From the NCBI RefSeq assembly GCF_006345805.1, contig NC_043007.1, positions 54,374,001 to 54,438,000 on the forward strand: DNA of 64,000 bases. Reading direction: 5' to 3'. Position 1 is the stretch's first letter, and each line of letters begins with the position of its first letter. Positions 63,001 through 64,000 of the stretch are shown here, piece after piece. The position numbers and the translations under genes were made by a program. Source of the stretch: Octopus sinensis (taxonomy: Eukaryota). The notes under the pieces were generated by a model. That model searched no databases. It saw only the letters and a program-made list of their open reading frames with translations, and had not been told where the DNA came from.

Positions 63001-63139
63001 TTATGGGCTCATCTGAAGGAGAAAAGCAAAAGTGTGTATATAGTCACATGCACATTATACATATAAGTAGGCACATATTTGTGTATGTGTGTGTGTGTGT
63101 GTGTGCGCGTGTGCATGCATGTGTGTGTGTGTGTGTATA

Positions 63140-63312
63140 CCACCATCGCTTGACAACCAATATGTTTAGATCCCCATATAACTTGGCAGTTTGGCAAAAG
63201 AGACCGACAGAACAAGTACCAAGCTTACAAAGAATAAGTCCTTGATTCATTTAACTAAAGGATGTGCTCCAGCATGGACACAGTCAAATGACTGAAACAA
63301 GTAAAAGAATAA
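63140..63312 (+). mobile_element. SINE 3' half
   Basis: TTGACAACC...TAACTTGGCAGTTTGGCAAAAGAGACCG...CTCCAGCATGGACACAGTCAAATGACTGAAACAAGTAAAAGA. Confidence 0.8.
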
Positions 63313-64000
63313 AAGCATTTATATATATATACATACATATATCTTTTTCCAAGACTTTAGGCTTTTATTTAATTAACATATTGTTCTATATTTCTCATTT
63401 ATTTGGTTTCTGCTTGCTTCTTTTCATTACCCCTCAGCTTTGACGTTATATCCTCTCACGTTTTTTTTTTAAAAAAACATAATAGACAACAACCAACAAA
63501 CTCGAGTCTGGCACATGTTTGGCATTTAATAATGGCCGCTTCTCTGTCGAAGGAGTGAAATCAACATCTCCAAACCTCTCAAAACAGACCAGCTGGACCA
63601 CAAAAAAAAGCAATCACAGAAAAAAACCAAACAAACCTACAACGATACACACGTACTCCTGTTGTCATATAACCATCACTTCGCTTCTAGCACATATATT
63701 ACTACTACCACCAAAAGAGCTGTTGGTATTACTACTATTGTTACCATTATTACTATTACCATTATTATTATTATTATTTGCTAAAACTACATTTTACTCC
63801 TTGCCATGTGAATCACCAAAGGATATTTCATATTTTATAATACACCCCCGAATCAACTTAAGTTCACTTTTGTTTTTCTTTACACTTAAAAAAGCCTGTC
63901 ACAACTTCTCCCTTACATTTAAAAATTTTTTTCTCCTCCTCCCCTCTTTGCTTTTTGGTCGCCGTTTTATTAATTGCTTGATATAATAATCTAATAATAA

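Noticed and set aside
62646-63245. 199-aa plus-strand ORF
   Set aside because: It is the antisense shadow of a GIY-YIG fragment plus a microsatellite.
63519-63986. 155-aa ORF containing YSCC
   Set aside because: Low-complexity (TTA)n-derived Leu run, a TTG start and no galaxin spacing or splice support.

Overview
AT-rich, microsatellite-dense eukaryotic genomic DNA with one 100-N gap (33015-33114). The repeat families resemble those I recall from Octopus/coleoid cephalopods, which is an inference and not verified. One host gene is supported, and the ORF track misses it: four spliced + strand exons (21179-21218, 21698-21805, 22853-23023, 28587-28727). All introns are GT-AG and phase 1. The exons join into a signal peptide plus six Cys-Cys motifs, i.e. 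a galaxin-like secreted protein whose 3' end was not found. The rest is mobile DNA: two Tx1/L1-clade LINEs (one bracketed by (CT)n), an apparent ORF1-only 'half-L1' element, RTE and CR1 LINEs, several Penelope-like (PLE) remnants, an autonomous Helitron remnant plus non-autonomous Helitrons, a Tc1 transposase, two MITEs and tRNA-derived SINEs. The most striking non-coding signal is at least seven minimal type-I hammerhead ribozyme motifs. Two families have a CCGAAGA core and two motifs have GUU cleavage triplets. They lie in ORF-less repeat units (462 nt and about 557 nt) and in PLE pseudo-LTRs, and these repeats show fold-back (inverted) 5' junctions, including a perfect 217-bp inverted repeat. 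All motifs and coordinates were read by eye; no database searches were run.
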